A DNA stretch of 64,000 bases from Octopus sinensis (taxonomy: Eukaryota): contig NC_043018.1 in the NCBI RefSeq assembly GCF_006345805.1, forward strand, positions 27,838,001-27,902,000, given 5' to 3'. How positions within the stretch are numbered: position 1 is the first letter of the stretch; each line of letters starts with the position of its first letter. Made by a program: the position numbers and the translations under genes. The notes under the pieces are model-generated. The model was not told the DNA's origin, made no database searches, and worked only from the letters and a program-made list of their open reading frames with translations. Positions 1-12,046 of the stretch are shown here, in pieces.

Positions 1-150
1 TGAGTATTTGTAAATAAGGAGAAAGAAACATTAGAGAATTTTCAGATCATGGTTATTCAAGTATAAATATATAGATATTTATATAATAATATAGCAAACT
101 TACACAGAATACAAACGACAGAGAAAATTAAAGGGGAGAAGTTATGGTGT

Positions 151-273
151 CCGACAGCTGTTTCTGGGGGGATCAGGCATCCTTTATAATGTTGACAGAT
201 GTAATTCATCACAATATACAACCTGTAATGGAAGTAAATAAACACTAGATGAATTCAGCTTCCGTCTTCAAGG
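151..273 (-). ncRNA. Degenerate hammerhead-like motif with ~100-nt stem II insert
   Basis: Minus strand reads CC-TTGAAGA-CGG...(~100 nt)...CCA-GAAAC-AGCT-GTC-GG. Stem III is palindromic (ACAGCTGT) with a GUC site. C3 is changed to U and stem I has only 2 bp. Confidence 0.4.
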
Positions 274-503
274 TGGAGAGATAAAAATCTGACATTTCAG
301 ATCACGATGGAAAGAAGTTTAAATGCGTAATAGATAAAGTGGAGGTAAGTAGTAATGGGGAAAGGAGAAAGGAAGTTAGTAGCTCGGTGTGGGTGTAGGA
401 AGTGTTAAAACAGAGAGAGAGAGAGAGTACATACATATATATACGTCTCTTACAGACGTATAATATGTATGAATCACCCTCTGTCTCTTTATGTATTTAT
501 GAA

Positions 504-540
<37 letters not shown>

Positions 541-544
<4 letters not shown>

Positions 545-811
545 GAAATATGTTACGAAAAGAAAATATAACATACACGTGGAAATGTAAGGGTAAAATA
601 TGAAAAATCAACGAAAATGCATATTGCAAATAGAAAAAGGCTATTTATGACAGGTAACGACAAATATATACATTTAGATTGACTGAAGTAGTAATACGAG
701 TCATAAAAGTCATTATTATGAGATGATTATAAGATGATAATAAAGTAAGAGAACAAAACGAACCAATAGTTTACGCAAAGCTATTCATCGTTTGAACAAC
801 ACCAGTTAATA
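541..811. repeat. Dispersed ~250-270-bp element within (TA)n, copy 1
   Basis: Clearly homologous to 57868-58118 (AGTAGA[A/C]ATATGTTACGAAAAGAAAATATAA...CAAAGCTATTCATCGT). Both copies are flanked by (TA)n. Confidence 0.85.
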
Positions 812-1590
812 CTATATATATATATAAATTTAATACACAACCGAAAGAGCTTCTAATAGTTTCATGCTTTTATGATACTTTAGCTAAGCACATTTATAAA
901 ATACGTCATGTATTTCCAAAAAATGTAAACTGGTATATGCAAAAGTGGTTGGCGTATTTTTTCTTAAACCACTTTCGGATATACTGATGTACTTTTGCTT
1001 ATGAATTTCATTATTTTAGAACTCTGAGGTAACTTCAGCTTCAGAAGCCATCGAGCTAATCAAGTATGATTAAACCACTGAGCTAGTCGAATGGGCAAGT
1101 TTCTGCGTCTCGACAGTTACAACATAGAGTGAGCATTTGGTGTGACTAGCGATTCATAATATTTTCCATGTCGGGGCAGCAGCTGTATGAAACTTTCAGT
1201 GGATGTCTATTAAAAATTTTCTTGTATCTATGGTTATGTGGGAAATGCTTATCAATAAACTTTCAAAGGAAAAGATGGGACAAGCAATATAATCTTCCTA
1301 GTTCTGTTTTTAGGCTTCATATTTTTAAGTATAGGGTTGTTATCTTTTCTTTGAAACCACATGATATTCTCTATCAATAAATGAAAAGTAGTTTTTTTTT
1401 TATTTTCTACTTGCTTCAATCATGCGGTCAAGCTGGGGCACAGCTTGCAAGAGCGATCCTAGTCGTTATTTTAAGTCTGGAACTTATTCAACAGACTTCT
1501 TTTTCCCGAACTGTTTGGTTACAGGGGTCATAAACAAACCAACACCAGTTGGCAAGTGTTGACAGTCTTTCACAAAGACGCACCCGCCAT

Positions 1591-1620
1591 ATCAATCAAT
1601 CAATCAATCAATCATTTAAT

Positions 1621-1686
<66 letters not shown>

Positions 1687-1757
1687 GTCTGTCTGTCTGT
1701 CTGTCTATCTGTCTGTCTGTCTGTTTGTCTGTCTTCCGTCCGTCCGTTCGTCTGTCG

Positions 1758-1791
<34 letters not shown>

Positions 1792-1861
1792 ATCTATCTG
1801 TCAGTCTGTCTGTCTGACTGTCGTCTGTGTCTGTCCGTCCGTCTGTCTGTCTGTCTCTTTC

Positions 1862-1899
<38 letters not shown>

Positions 1900-2013
1900 A
1901 ATCTATCTATCTATCTATCTGTCTGTCTGTCTGTCTGTCTGCCTGCTTGTCTGTCTTCCGTCCGTTCGTCTGTCGGTCTGTCTTTCTGTCTGTCCGTCTC
2001 TATCCAGCTATCC

Positions 2014-2090
<77 letters not shown>
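1591..2090. repeat. Compound (ATCA)n/(ATCT)n/(GTCT)n microsatellite
   Basis: Direct reading. It explains the IYLS/VCLS ORFs. Similar arrays lie at 6751-6945 and 23911-24215. Confidence 0.95.
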
Positions 2091-2551
2091 GCTCAGCTCA
2101 GCTCACGTTATACTATCCATCGCCATTCCCACGACACCAACTCACCGATTCCCTCCCCCAGCCTTACTCACCCTACTACTATCCACCCCACCCCCACAGC
2201 CCTCACTGAAGTCTCAACCATTTCAAAACAACAGCTTTATTTAGACAATTCTAACCATCTGACAACAGTCGTTAAGCATCAAGCGTTATATTTTGTGTTC
2301 TTTCCTTCTTAACTAATCAAGCAAAAGAATGGACAGGAAGTGGCATGGAAGGAGTGGTGGGTCGAAATGAAACGACTGGCTGGCAGGTTGGCTGGCTGGC
2401 GAGATGGCTGGATGGCTGTTCGGCTGGTCGGTTGGTCGGTTGGTCTAACCCTATGGGTTCTCGATCACATTCTTTATCTATAGACCGCTTAGATTACATT
2501 TTTTTCAACTTGATGACCCCCCCACCGTAGCTATTCGATGGTTAAAAACTA

Positions 2552-2756
2552 GTGGAGGTAAATGGCGTAGTGGTTAGAGCAGCGGACTCGCGGTCGAGGG
2601 ATCGCGGGTTCGAATCTCAGACTGGGCGATGTGTGGTTTATGAGCGAAAACACCTAAGCTTCACGCGGCTCCGGCAGAAGGTGATGGCGAACTTCTGCTG
2701 ACTCTTTCGCCACAACTTTCTCTCACTCTTTCCTCCTGCATCTTGCAGCTCACCTG
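2552..2756 (+). mobile_element. tRNA-derived SINE family B, 3'-truncated
   Basis: A box TGGCGTAGTGG and B box GGTTCGAATC are present. Homologous to 8801-9095 and 33952-34236. Confidence 0.85.
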
Positions 2757-2774
2757 TTTACTATTTTGCTTGCA

Positions 2775-3186
2775 TGGACCCCTTTGATTACCATTTTATT
2801 CTAGTGGACCCCCATAGCCATTTGAGGTTTAAAAACGAGTTTTATAGAAACTTCTTTCAAAATCCCTGTTTTGATATTCAAACATTAACTTGTTTAGGTT
2901 GAACCATGTAAAATGTTGAAGAAAGAATCCCAGCTGTTTCTTGCAATACGTAACAATACATTCACCTAAAGATGGAATTCTCAACCATTTTTTAATCCTT
3001 GAAGCCTTTTGATTACTATTTCATTCTGGTGGATCCCCATAGGCATTTGAGGTTTTAAAACTAGTTTTGTAGAAATTTCTTTCAAAATCCCTATTTTTTT
3101 CATCCATTTAACTTGTTTAGGTTGAACCATGTGAAATGTTAGAGAAATAAACTCAGCTGTTTCTTGCAATGCATAACAATACATTC
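2775..3186. repeat. Diverged ~225-bp tandem duplication (possible hAT-type MITE remnant continuing at 3598-3757)
   Basis: TTTGATTAC...CCCCATAG...TTCTTTCAAAATCCCT...TTAACTTGTTTAGGTTGAACCATGT...CAGCTGTTTCTTGCAAT...AACAATACATTCA occurs twice. Confidence 0.6.
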
Positions 3187-3187
3187 A

Positions 3188-3597
3188 TGGCTGTGTGGTA
3201 AGTAGCTTGCTAACCAACCACATGGTTCCGGGTTCAGTCCCACTGCGTGGCATCTTGAGCAAATGACTTCTGCTATAGCCCTGGGCCGACCAAAGCCTTG
3301 TGAGTGGATTTGGTAGACGGAAACTGAAAGAACCCGTCGTATATATCTATATATATATATGTATGTGTGTGTATGTTTGTGTGTCTGTGTTTGTCCCACT
3401 AGCATTGCTTGACAACCGATGCTGGTGTGTTTACGTCCCCGTCACTTAGCGGTTCGGCAAAAGAGACCGATAGAATAAGTACTGGGCTTACAAAGAATAA
3501 GTCCCAGGGTCGATTTGCTCGACTAAAGGCGGTGCTCCAGCATGGCCGCAGTCAAATGACTGAAACAAGTAAAAGAGTAAAGAGTAAGAGTAAAGAG
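3188..3597 (+). mobile_element. SINE family A (tRNA head, CORE-like domain, internal microsatellite, (AGTAAAG)n tail)
   Basis: Head TGGCTGTGTGGTAAG...GGTTCAGTCCC, CORE-like GGCATCTTGAGCAAATGACTT, and tail GGCGGTGCTCCAGCATGGCCGCAG...TGAAAC. Many copies occur in the window. Confidence 0.9.
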
Positions 3598-3793
3598 ACC
3601 CAGCTCTTTCTTACATACCAATACATACATCTAAAGCAAAAGTTTTTCAGGGGCTCTTGAAATACTATTGTGGATCCCCAATTTACTATTTTCTAGCGTG
3701 CCCCTCCTCACAATTCTTATATGGACCCTCAGAGATCATACGGATCCCAGTTGAAAAGTGATTAAGATATGAAAGAGATCTCTCTCACTCGTT

Positions 3794-4114
3794 TCTTCTT
3801 CTTCTTCTTCTTCTTCTTCTTCTTCTTCTTCTTCTTCTTCTTCTTCTTCTTCTTCTTCTTCTTCTTCTTCTTCTTTTCTTCTTCTTCTTCTTTCTTTTTC
3901 TTCTTCTGCTTTTTCTTCTTCATCTTCTTCTTCTTTTTCTTCTTCTTCTCCCTTTTCTTCTTCTTCTTCTGCTTTTTCTTCTTCATCTTCTTTTTCTTCT
4001 TCTACTACTCTTCTTTCTTTTTCTTCTTCTTTTCTTCTTCTTCTTCTTTCCTTCTTCTTTTCTTCTTCTTTCTTTCTTCTTCTTTCTCCCTCTTCCTTCT
4101 TCTTTTTCTTCTTC

Positions 4115-4153
<39 letters not shown>

Positions 4154-4215
4154 TTCTTCTTTTCTTCTTCTTTCCTTCTTCTTTTCTTCCTCTACTTCTT
4201 CTTCTTCTTTCCTTC

Positions 4216-4247
<32 letters not shown>

Positions 4248-4379
4248 CTTCTTCTTCTTCTACTTCTTCTTTCTTCTTCTTCTTTCTTCTTCTTCTTCTT
4301 CTTCTTTCCTTTTTCTTCTTCTTCTCTTTTCTTCTTCTTCTTTTCTTTTCTTCTTCTTTTCTTCTTCTTCTTCTTCTTC
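3794..4379. repeat. (CTT)n/(CAT)n trinucleotide array
   Basis: Direct reading. Further (ACT)n lies at 4745-5010 and (CTT/CCT)n at 5120-5335. Confidence 0.95.
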
Positions 4380-4789
4380 CGGTCAGTCGGTTGTTTGTTT
4401 GTTTGTGTGTTTGTTTGTTTGTTTGGTCGGTTGGTCGGCTACACGGCTTGAAAGTTGAACGTGGACTGGCCTTCAGCCTGGCTGTTCGACGGCTGAGCTG
4501 ATTGGAGGCTCTTCACAAGGAATTGCAACATATTATAAGCTTCACAATAATGGTAAAAGCGACGATAATGACTAAAAGAAAAGCAACAACAACAATAACA
4601 ATGAAGATAACTACATCTATAAGAACAACAACAATAGTAATAATGAAAAAAATGAAAACGCCGAGACAAAGAATAAAAAAAAGCACATTTCTCAAGAGAA
4701 TATCCCAAAGATTATCTTGATCTGCAAAACCTCAATAGATCTAGTTACAACAACAACAACTACTACAACTGCTGCTGCTGCTACTGCTG

Positions 4790-4829
<40 letters not shown>

Positions 4830-5611
4830 AGCCGCTGATGGTACTACTATTACTACTCTATTGCTGCTACAACAACAATTACTACTACTTACTACTACTA
4901 CTACTACTACTACTATCACTACTTCTACTACTACTACTACTACTACTTCTACTACTACTATCACTACTACTACTACTACTATTACTACTAATACTACTAC
5001 TACTACTACAATAAAAGCCACAGTAATATTAATCACGACAACAACGGCGTCTGTGGCGAAGATGTTTTTGAGCGTGATTAGGATATGAAAGAGAGATCTC
5101 TCTCGTTTCTCTCTGTTACTCTTTCTTCTTCTTCTCTTCTTCTTCTTCTTCTTCTTCTTCTTCTTCTTTTCTTCTTCTTCTTCTTCTTCTTCTTCTTCTT
5201 CTTCCGCTTCTTCCCTCCTCTTCTTCTTCTTCTTCTTCTTCTCCCCCTCCTCCTCCTCCTCCTCCTCCTTCTTCTTCTCCCCCTCCTCCTCCTCCTCCTC
5301 CTCCTCCTCCTTCTTCTTCTTCTTCTTCTTATCTTCTTAATATTTTATTCCTTCTTTTCTTCCTCTTTTCCTCCCTATCTAGTCTCTCTCTCTTTCTCTC
5401 TCTCTTTCTCTCAATCAATCTATCCACTCACATGCATACACACGCACAAAGATAAACACATACACACGCATATACAATAGTAGAATAAAACAAGAGAGTT
5501 CGTTTAATTTTTCCGTTTGATCATTATAACATCGTAAATTGCATAATCTTTACGCGTGTTTCCCCACCAAATACTTGTGTGTTATGTAGTACGTTATGCT
5601 AGGAAATATAT

Positions 5612-6516
5612 GACGGTGAAACGTATCACACTGAAATGCGGGGTTGTGAAATGTGCGACAGTGAATTGTGTGTAGGTGAGATTATCAGTGTGAAATGTGT
5701 GACAGTGGAATGTGTAACGGTAGAATGTGTCACAGTGAAATAAGTGACGGAGGATATGCGACGATGAAATGTGTGACAGTAGAATGTGTCACAGTGAAAT
5801 AAGTGACGGAGAAAATGCGGCGGTGAAATGTGTGACAGGAAAATGTGCCACGGGGAAATGTGTGACACTGGAATGTGTGACGGGAGAATCTGCCACGATG
5901 AAATGTGTGACGGGAGAATAATGTTACGGTGAAATATGTCACATTGGAATGTGTGACAGGAGGATGTGCCACGGTGAAATGTGTGACAGTGGAATGATTG
6001 ACGGTAGAATGTGTCATAGTGAAATATGTGACGGAGAATGTGCGACGGTGAAATGTGTGACAGTGGAATGTGTGACAGGAAAATGTGCCACGGGGAAATC
6101 TGTGACAGTGAAATGTGTGACGGGAGAATCTGCCACGATGAAATGTGTGACGAGATAATATGTTACGGTGAAATATGTCACAGTGGAATGTGTGACAGGA
6201 GAATGATTGAAGGTAGAATTTACCTCAGCGAAATGTGTGACGGCAGAATGCCACACGGTGAAATGTGTGACGAGAAAATATGCTACAGTGAAATGTGTGA
6301 CAGTGGAATGTGTGACGGGAGAATGTGCCACGCCGAAATGTGTGACAGTGGAATGTGTAACGGGAGAATGGCCCACGGTGAAATGTGAGACAGTGGAATG
6401 TGTGACGGTAAAATATGTGATGGGAGAATGCTCCACAGTGAAATGTTTGACAGTGGAATGTTCTACGGTGAAATGTGTCACGGTAGACTGCCACGGTGAA
6501 AGGTATCCCGGTGAAA
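5612..6516. repeat. 15-bp minisatellite (GTGAAATGTGTGACG variants), about 60 units
   Basis: Units include GTGAAATGTGTGACG, GTGGAATGTGTGACA and GGAGAATGTGCCACG. The block starting at 5838 recurs at 6078 (240-bp higher-order period). Confidence 0.9.
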
Positions 6517-6540
6517 TATAAACTTCCAAAAACATACAAG

Positions 6541-6599
<59 letters not shown>

Positions 6600-6750
6600 T
6601 TTACACACACACAAGCTACATATAAACAACGTCCATACACAAAGTTGCACACAAACTGTTAACAAACATATAAAGCAAGCTCAGTGTATAGGCAACTATT
6701 ACACAAACTGGGTACAAATTCTCTCATTTTATGTTTGCATATATGCTTAC

Positions 6751-6827
<77 letters not shown>

Positions 6828-6828
6828 C

Positions 6829-6950
<122 letters not shown>

Positions 6951-7910
6951 CTCTATCTTTCTATCTATCTTCACTTTTTTGTTACTTCTCGCTTTCAGCA
7001 TTAATAGAAAGAACGAAGTAAAATTCTCCGGTCACGCGCATGCACACACACACACACACACACACGCACATACTCACACATACACAAACACAGGTATATA
7101 TATATATATACGTATGTGTGTGTAAATGTGTGTGTGTTAGACAATATGTATCAGCTTACTCTTCATACACATATTCTTCATTTATACACATACATCCATA
7201 TTCAATCAGCTACACACACACACACATACACACAGACACACAAGTACACATGTACACAACTTATATACTTGTACACATACACACATACACACACACACTC
7301 ACACACACACATACAGACACATACACAAACGTAGAAACTCTACTGCCTCTCACCCTCACACCCACATATATAATTAGCGGCGGTCGTAAATCGGTAAGGG
7401 GTGGGTTCTTACCGAGTTAAGTGGAGGAATTCTTCGTGAGAAAGCAAACACCAGAATTGTCAGGAAAAAAACAGAATATTAGAACGGTAGGTAATAAAAA
7501 AACACGTCGCTAAACACTGCAAAAATGTTAATTGTAATATAGAGGTCTCGAATTAATTAGTGTTTAAATTTCTCGCACTGTTTTCGCGTCGTTATATATA
7601 CTCCAGTAGCTTCACACGCACGAACACGTACGTACATACATATATACATACATACATACATACATACGCACATACATATATACATACATACATGCATACA
7701 TACATGCATACATGCATACACATACATACATACATACATACATACATACAATACATGCGTACATACGCAGATACATAAATACATACATACATGCATACAT
7801 ACATGCATACATACACACACATACATACATACATACATACATACACACACATACATACACATACATACATACGCACATACATACATACACACACACATAC
7901 ATACATACGC

Positions 7911-7943
<33 letters not shown>

Positions 7944-7990
7944 CATACATGCATACACACACACATACATACAGACATACATGCATACAT

Positions 7991-8031
<41 letters not shown>

Positions 8032-8364
8032 TAGATAGATAGATAAATATACATACATATTTATATGAGACATATGTGTATTTGTGTGTGTAAGTGCATG
8101 TATGTATACACACACACACAGGATAGCGGATACACGCGCGCGCTGTGCGTGCGTGTGTTAGTGTGTGTATGTGTGTATGTCTGTGCAAGTGTGTTTGTAA
8201 TCTAAGTGCTTCACTCGAAATGCACATTTGCAATTCTAAAGCTGCAGGAATGCAGATAGGTATGTTATGCATTCAGGGTGCATAAATAAACAGATTCCCC
8301 TTTATCTAACAACACGGGTGAGTCAAAAAGTAATGCCATTTTGTTTAGTACAGTTAAAATTACC

Positions 8365-8595
8365 TATTTCTTTATTACCCACAAGGGGCTAAACACAGAG
8401 GGGACAAACAAGGACAGACAAACGGATTAAGTCGATTACATCGATCCCAGTGCGTAACTGGTACTTAATTTATCGACCCCGAAAGGATGAAAGGCAAAGT
8501 CGACCTCGGCGGAATTTGAACTCACAACGTAACGGCAGACGAAATACCGCTAAGCATTTCTCCCGGCGTGCTAACGTTTCTACCAGCTCGCCACC
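8365..8595 (-). mobile_element. tRNA-derived SINE family D nested in the mariner arm
   Basis: Minus strand reads GGCGAGCTGGTAGAAACGTTAGCAC...GAGTTCAAATTCCGCCGAGGTCGACTTTGCCTTTCATCCTTTCGGGGTCGATAAA. It is absent from the opposite mariner arm. Confidence 0.85.
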
Positions 8596-8800
8596 GACAC
8601 AGGAACATGTATCATACATCAAAGTGAAGCTGGTCCTCTGTGGATCACATCCCCACTTCTCAACATAATTACCGTTTCTCTCAATAGCAATGTTCCACCT
8701 TCGAGTGAGAACATGTATTCCTGCCCTGTAAAATTCTGTTGACTGTTCTTTGAGCCACTTCTTCCCTACAGCTTTCACTCCCTCGTCACTGGAATAATGT

Positions 8801-9095
8801 GGAGGCACATGGCCTAGTGGTTAGAACAGCGGACTCGCTGTCGAGGGATCGCGGGTTCGAATCTCAGACCGGACAATGTGTGTGTTTATGAGCAAAACAC
8901 CTTAGCTCCACCCGGCTCCGGCAGAAGGTAATTGCGAAACTTCTGCTGACTCTTTCGCCACAACTTTCTCTCACTCTTTCCTCCTGCATCTTGCAGCTTA
9001 CCTGCGACGGACCGGCATCCCGTCCAGGTGGGGAACCTATACGCCACAGAAACCGGGAAACCGGCCCTTATGAGCCAGGCATAGCTCGAGAAGGA
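8801..9095 (+). mobile_element. Full-length SINE family B with 13-bp TSD
   Basis: TSD ACTGGAATAATGT at 8788-8800 and 9096-9108. A and B boxes are present, plus a V-domain-like CCTGCGACGGACCGGCATCCCGTCCAGG. Confidence 0.92.
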
Positions 9096-10482
9096 ACTGG
9101 AATAATGTTTGCTTCTCAAACCCTCTTTCAAAGGGCCGAAGAGATGATAGTCTGAAGGCGCTAAATTATGCCAGTAACGAGGAAGTAAAAACTGAAGTGA
9201 ATAAGTGGCTCAAAGAACAGTCAACAGAATTTTACGGAGCAGGGATACATGCTCTCATTCCAAGGTGGAACATTGCTATTGAGAGAAACGATAACTATGT
9301 TGAGAAGTAGAGATGTAATCCACAGACAACCAGCTTCATTTTGATGTATGATACATGATCCTGTGTCGGTAATTATCCCTGTCCTAAACAAAATGGCATT
9401 ACTTTTTGACTCACCCGCGTATATATCTACACACATACATACATGGAATGTATATACATCAATACATGCTCACACATACATATACTTATACATATGAGTG
9501 TATACACATACATACAAACAGAAACACACTCATGCACATATATATACAATCGAAGAGCACCAGTACGGATTTTCGTCTACCAGTTTCTCTGACAAGGCAT
9601 TTGTCAGACGGGAGCTAATGTAGATTTACCCATGATGCCGTACTCTGGGTAAGACTGAACCCAAACCAGCTATTTGCAAAGCTAGCTGCTTAAAACATAC
9701 AAACAAGTCTACGCCTTAGTTGACTGATAATAAATAAGAGCTGAAATATAATCAGTGCGTGTGTTGTAATTGGCCAAATGACCTTCCCAAAATACAAAAA
9801 CTCACGCACACACGTACATACATTCAAATGAAGCTCGTATGTTTGGTACAGAAGCGTTAAACATACGATACAGACGAACAGACAAGTCACCATGCTGAAG
9901 ATGTTTATATCGACAGAAACTTAAGATAACATATCAACTTTCGGAAAATTAGTCTCTTTGGAATGGTAAAGCTGGTTAGCATGATCACCAGCAGTTGTCT
10001 CCAGAGTTTTCTATGACGGTGCTGCCATCTTGCGACAAGTGGGCGCGGAGGATGTAACAACGGGTAAGTTTCTCTCAAGATGATGTCGGTTAATGGCGGC
10101 AGGAGGAGGAGGAGGAGGTGTCAACCCCTCATTGACGTTCGTGTCAGAGCCCTTTTTAAAAGTTTTGGATTACTCACTTCCCTCCTCTGCCCTTTGCCGC
10201 TTCTCCTCCTCCCACAGCAGTTATTTCTTTTAATTGTTTCAATCACTGGATTGCAGCCTTGCTGGAGCACAGCCTCGAAGTATTTTTAGTCCATCAAATC
10301 GAGACCAGTACTAGTTTTTAGTTTAAAAACCTGGTACTTATTCTATCAGTCTCTTTTACTGGTTCGCTAAGTAATGAGGGAAGCAAACAAACCATCACCG
10401 GTTGGTACTTTCATACACACACCTACACACATATACAACGGGCTTCCACACACGCATACATACACACACACCACATACACGC

Positions 10483-10556
<74 letters not shown>

Positions 10557-10562
10557 CTATAT

Positions 10563-10625
<63 letters not shown>

Positions 10626-10738
10626 TGTAAAAAGTGAAAAAACTACAGAAGGCTTGTTTTAAAAGGTTAAAAATATATATTTGAGTCAATATGTCTGAAG
10701 AATATTATAAATTTTTTTCTTACAATGACATAGTTTAG

Positions 10739-10778
10739 AAGAAATGACCGGTTTCGCGTTTAGCTTTTCAAATTTCTT
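10739..10778 (-). ncRNA. Minimal type I hammerhead ribozyme, U3-A8 variant
   Basis: Minus strand reads AAGAAAT-TTGAAAA-GC-TAAAC-GC-GAAAC-CG-GTC-ATTTCTT. It has a perfect 7-bp stem I, palindromic stem III ACCGGT and a GUC site, about 100 nt after the GIY-YIG stop. Confidence 0.8.
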
Positions 10779-10874
10779 ACATCGTTATGTTTATGTTGAG
10801 AAGAGTTATCGTTATGTTTATGTTGAAAAGAGTTCTAGATAAGTGATTTCTTCCGGTGTAAGGGAGATAATCGC

Positions 10875-11622
10875 TTAAAATTTTTTGCCTTTCCCTTTGG
10901 GTGAATTTCTCTGTATGAGTATGTTGGAATGGTTAAGTCTGGGCTTGTACTTTTCAATGAAGAATGTTTCCTTGTTTAGTCTAATTTGTGTTGGTGTTCC
11001 GATAGCACATTGGTAAAATGGAAAGATTAAAAATTGTGGTAGTAGTTGCTTTGCGCATTTCTCAATGTGCTCACTAAAAGGTATCATTCTGTATTCTGGG
11101 AATGCAATCTGTTGTCGATGTAGTGTGCATCTACGTCTGAGTGATAGTCCCGTGGATCCCACGTAGTCTTGGTGGCAGCCCGAGCATTTTATGACATAAA
11201 TTATGTTTTCAGAGGCACAAGTAAAATTAGATTTGATCTTGAATTTCTGTCCCTCTTTGAAGAGGAATTCTTATCCTTCTAGCAGGTTTGGACATGTTGC
11301 ACAGTTCGGTCTAACACATTTTTTTACTTTTGCATCCGTAATTTCAGAAAACAATTTGCCTTTGTGAGAATTTTTAAGTGATTTAGGTTGTTTGTAGCTT
11401 TTAATGATTGGTGTATGTTTTAGAATTTCCTTTAATTTGGGTCCTTATGAAGTATTGGTAAATTCTGGGTGATGATGGTGAAGGCTTCTTTGTTTCTGGG
11501 GTTGTATGTGGATATGTAAGGTAGTATTTTCGAAGAAGGTGTGTTGTTGTGTTGAACTTTTCTTAAAGTTTCTATGTTGATTTCTGTTGCACGTCTGATT
11601 CCACCCTCTATAAAACCAAAAG
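10875..11622 (-). pseudogene. Penelope-like linker plus GIY-YIG endonuclease remnant
   Basis: LPYISTYNPRN...KKCVRPNCATCP...FTCASENIIYVIKCSGCHQDYVGSTGLSLRRRCTLHRQQI...FSEHIEKC...RLNKETFFIEKYKPRLN, interrupted by a frameshift and a stop. Confidence 0.88.
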
Positions 11623-11727
11623 GAGCTCCCATTCTTGGATATACTAATTAAAAAAATTAACCTTAAAATAGAAACAGACATTTTTTACAAAGCCACAGAC
11701 GCCAAACAATACCTTCTTTTTAATTCC
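11623..11727 (+). pseudogene. Inverted Penelope RT C-terminal fragment
   Basis: ELPFLDILIKKINLKIETDIFYKATDAKQYLLFNS matches the Penelope RT pattern PFLD...T..Y.K.TD...YL.F.S. Confidence 0.85.
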
Positions 11728-11982
11728 AAAGAAAGACCAAAGAAGGAGGGGAAGTAGGAACGGCCAACGTACCATGTGATGTTACACACACGCATCCAGA
11801 TAAAATCTTTGACCAACGTATGTCACTACGTAGTCATCCAACTTGCTAGATGCAACAGCCAAGTCTCTTGCAGATCGGACGACCAGCTTAATCGAAGGTT
11901 ACAGACTGAGCCGTTTGTCGCACCATATTTATTTGCGCCTTTGTTTACTTCGTTGTCTCTTGATCTGCCGTTTATATATATA

Positions 11983-12025
<43 letters not shown>

Positions 12026-12046
12026 GTGTGTGTATGTATGTATATT

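Larger units (their letters stand above)
8313..9419. mobile_element. Palindromic mariner derivative made of two inverted transposase 3' ends, with two nested SINEs
   Basis: TIR C[A/G]CGGGTGAGTCAAAAAGTAATGCCATTTTGTTTAG occurs at both ends, with TA on the right. The minus arm encodes NLAPSDYHLFGPLKEGLRSKHYSSDEGVK...KWLKEQSTEFYRAGIHVLTRRWNIAIERNGNYVEK. The plus arm encodes NEEVKTEVNKWLKEQSTEFYGAGIHALIPRWNIAIERNDNYVEK*. Confidence 0.9.
10621..11727 (-). mobile_element. 5'-truncated Penelope-like retroelement (Cys-linker/Neptune type) in (TA)n
   Basis: Comprises a decayed ORF with thumb/linker and GIY-YIG domain, a 3' pLTR-like region with an HHR, and an inverted RT segment at 11623-11727. Confidence 0.88.

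Noticed and set aside
846-905. Possible HHR on the minus strand (GTGCTT...AAGCAT-GAAAC-TATTA)
   Set aside because: It has no recognisable CUGANGA or covariant core and no stem I.
2552-2625. tRNA-like sequences at SINE heads (also 8801, about 34165-34235, 45745-45805)
   Set aside because: They run into SINE bodies, some with TSDs, and lack a proper acceptor stem, so they are not tRNA genes.
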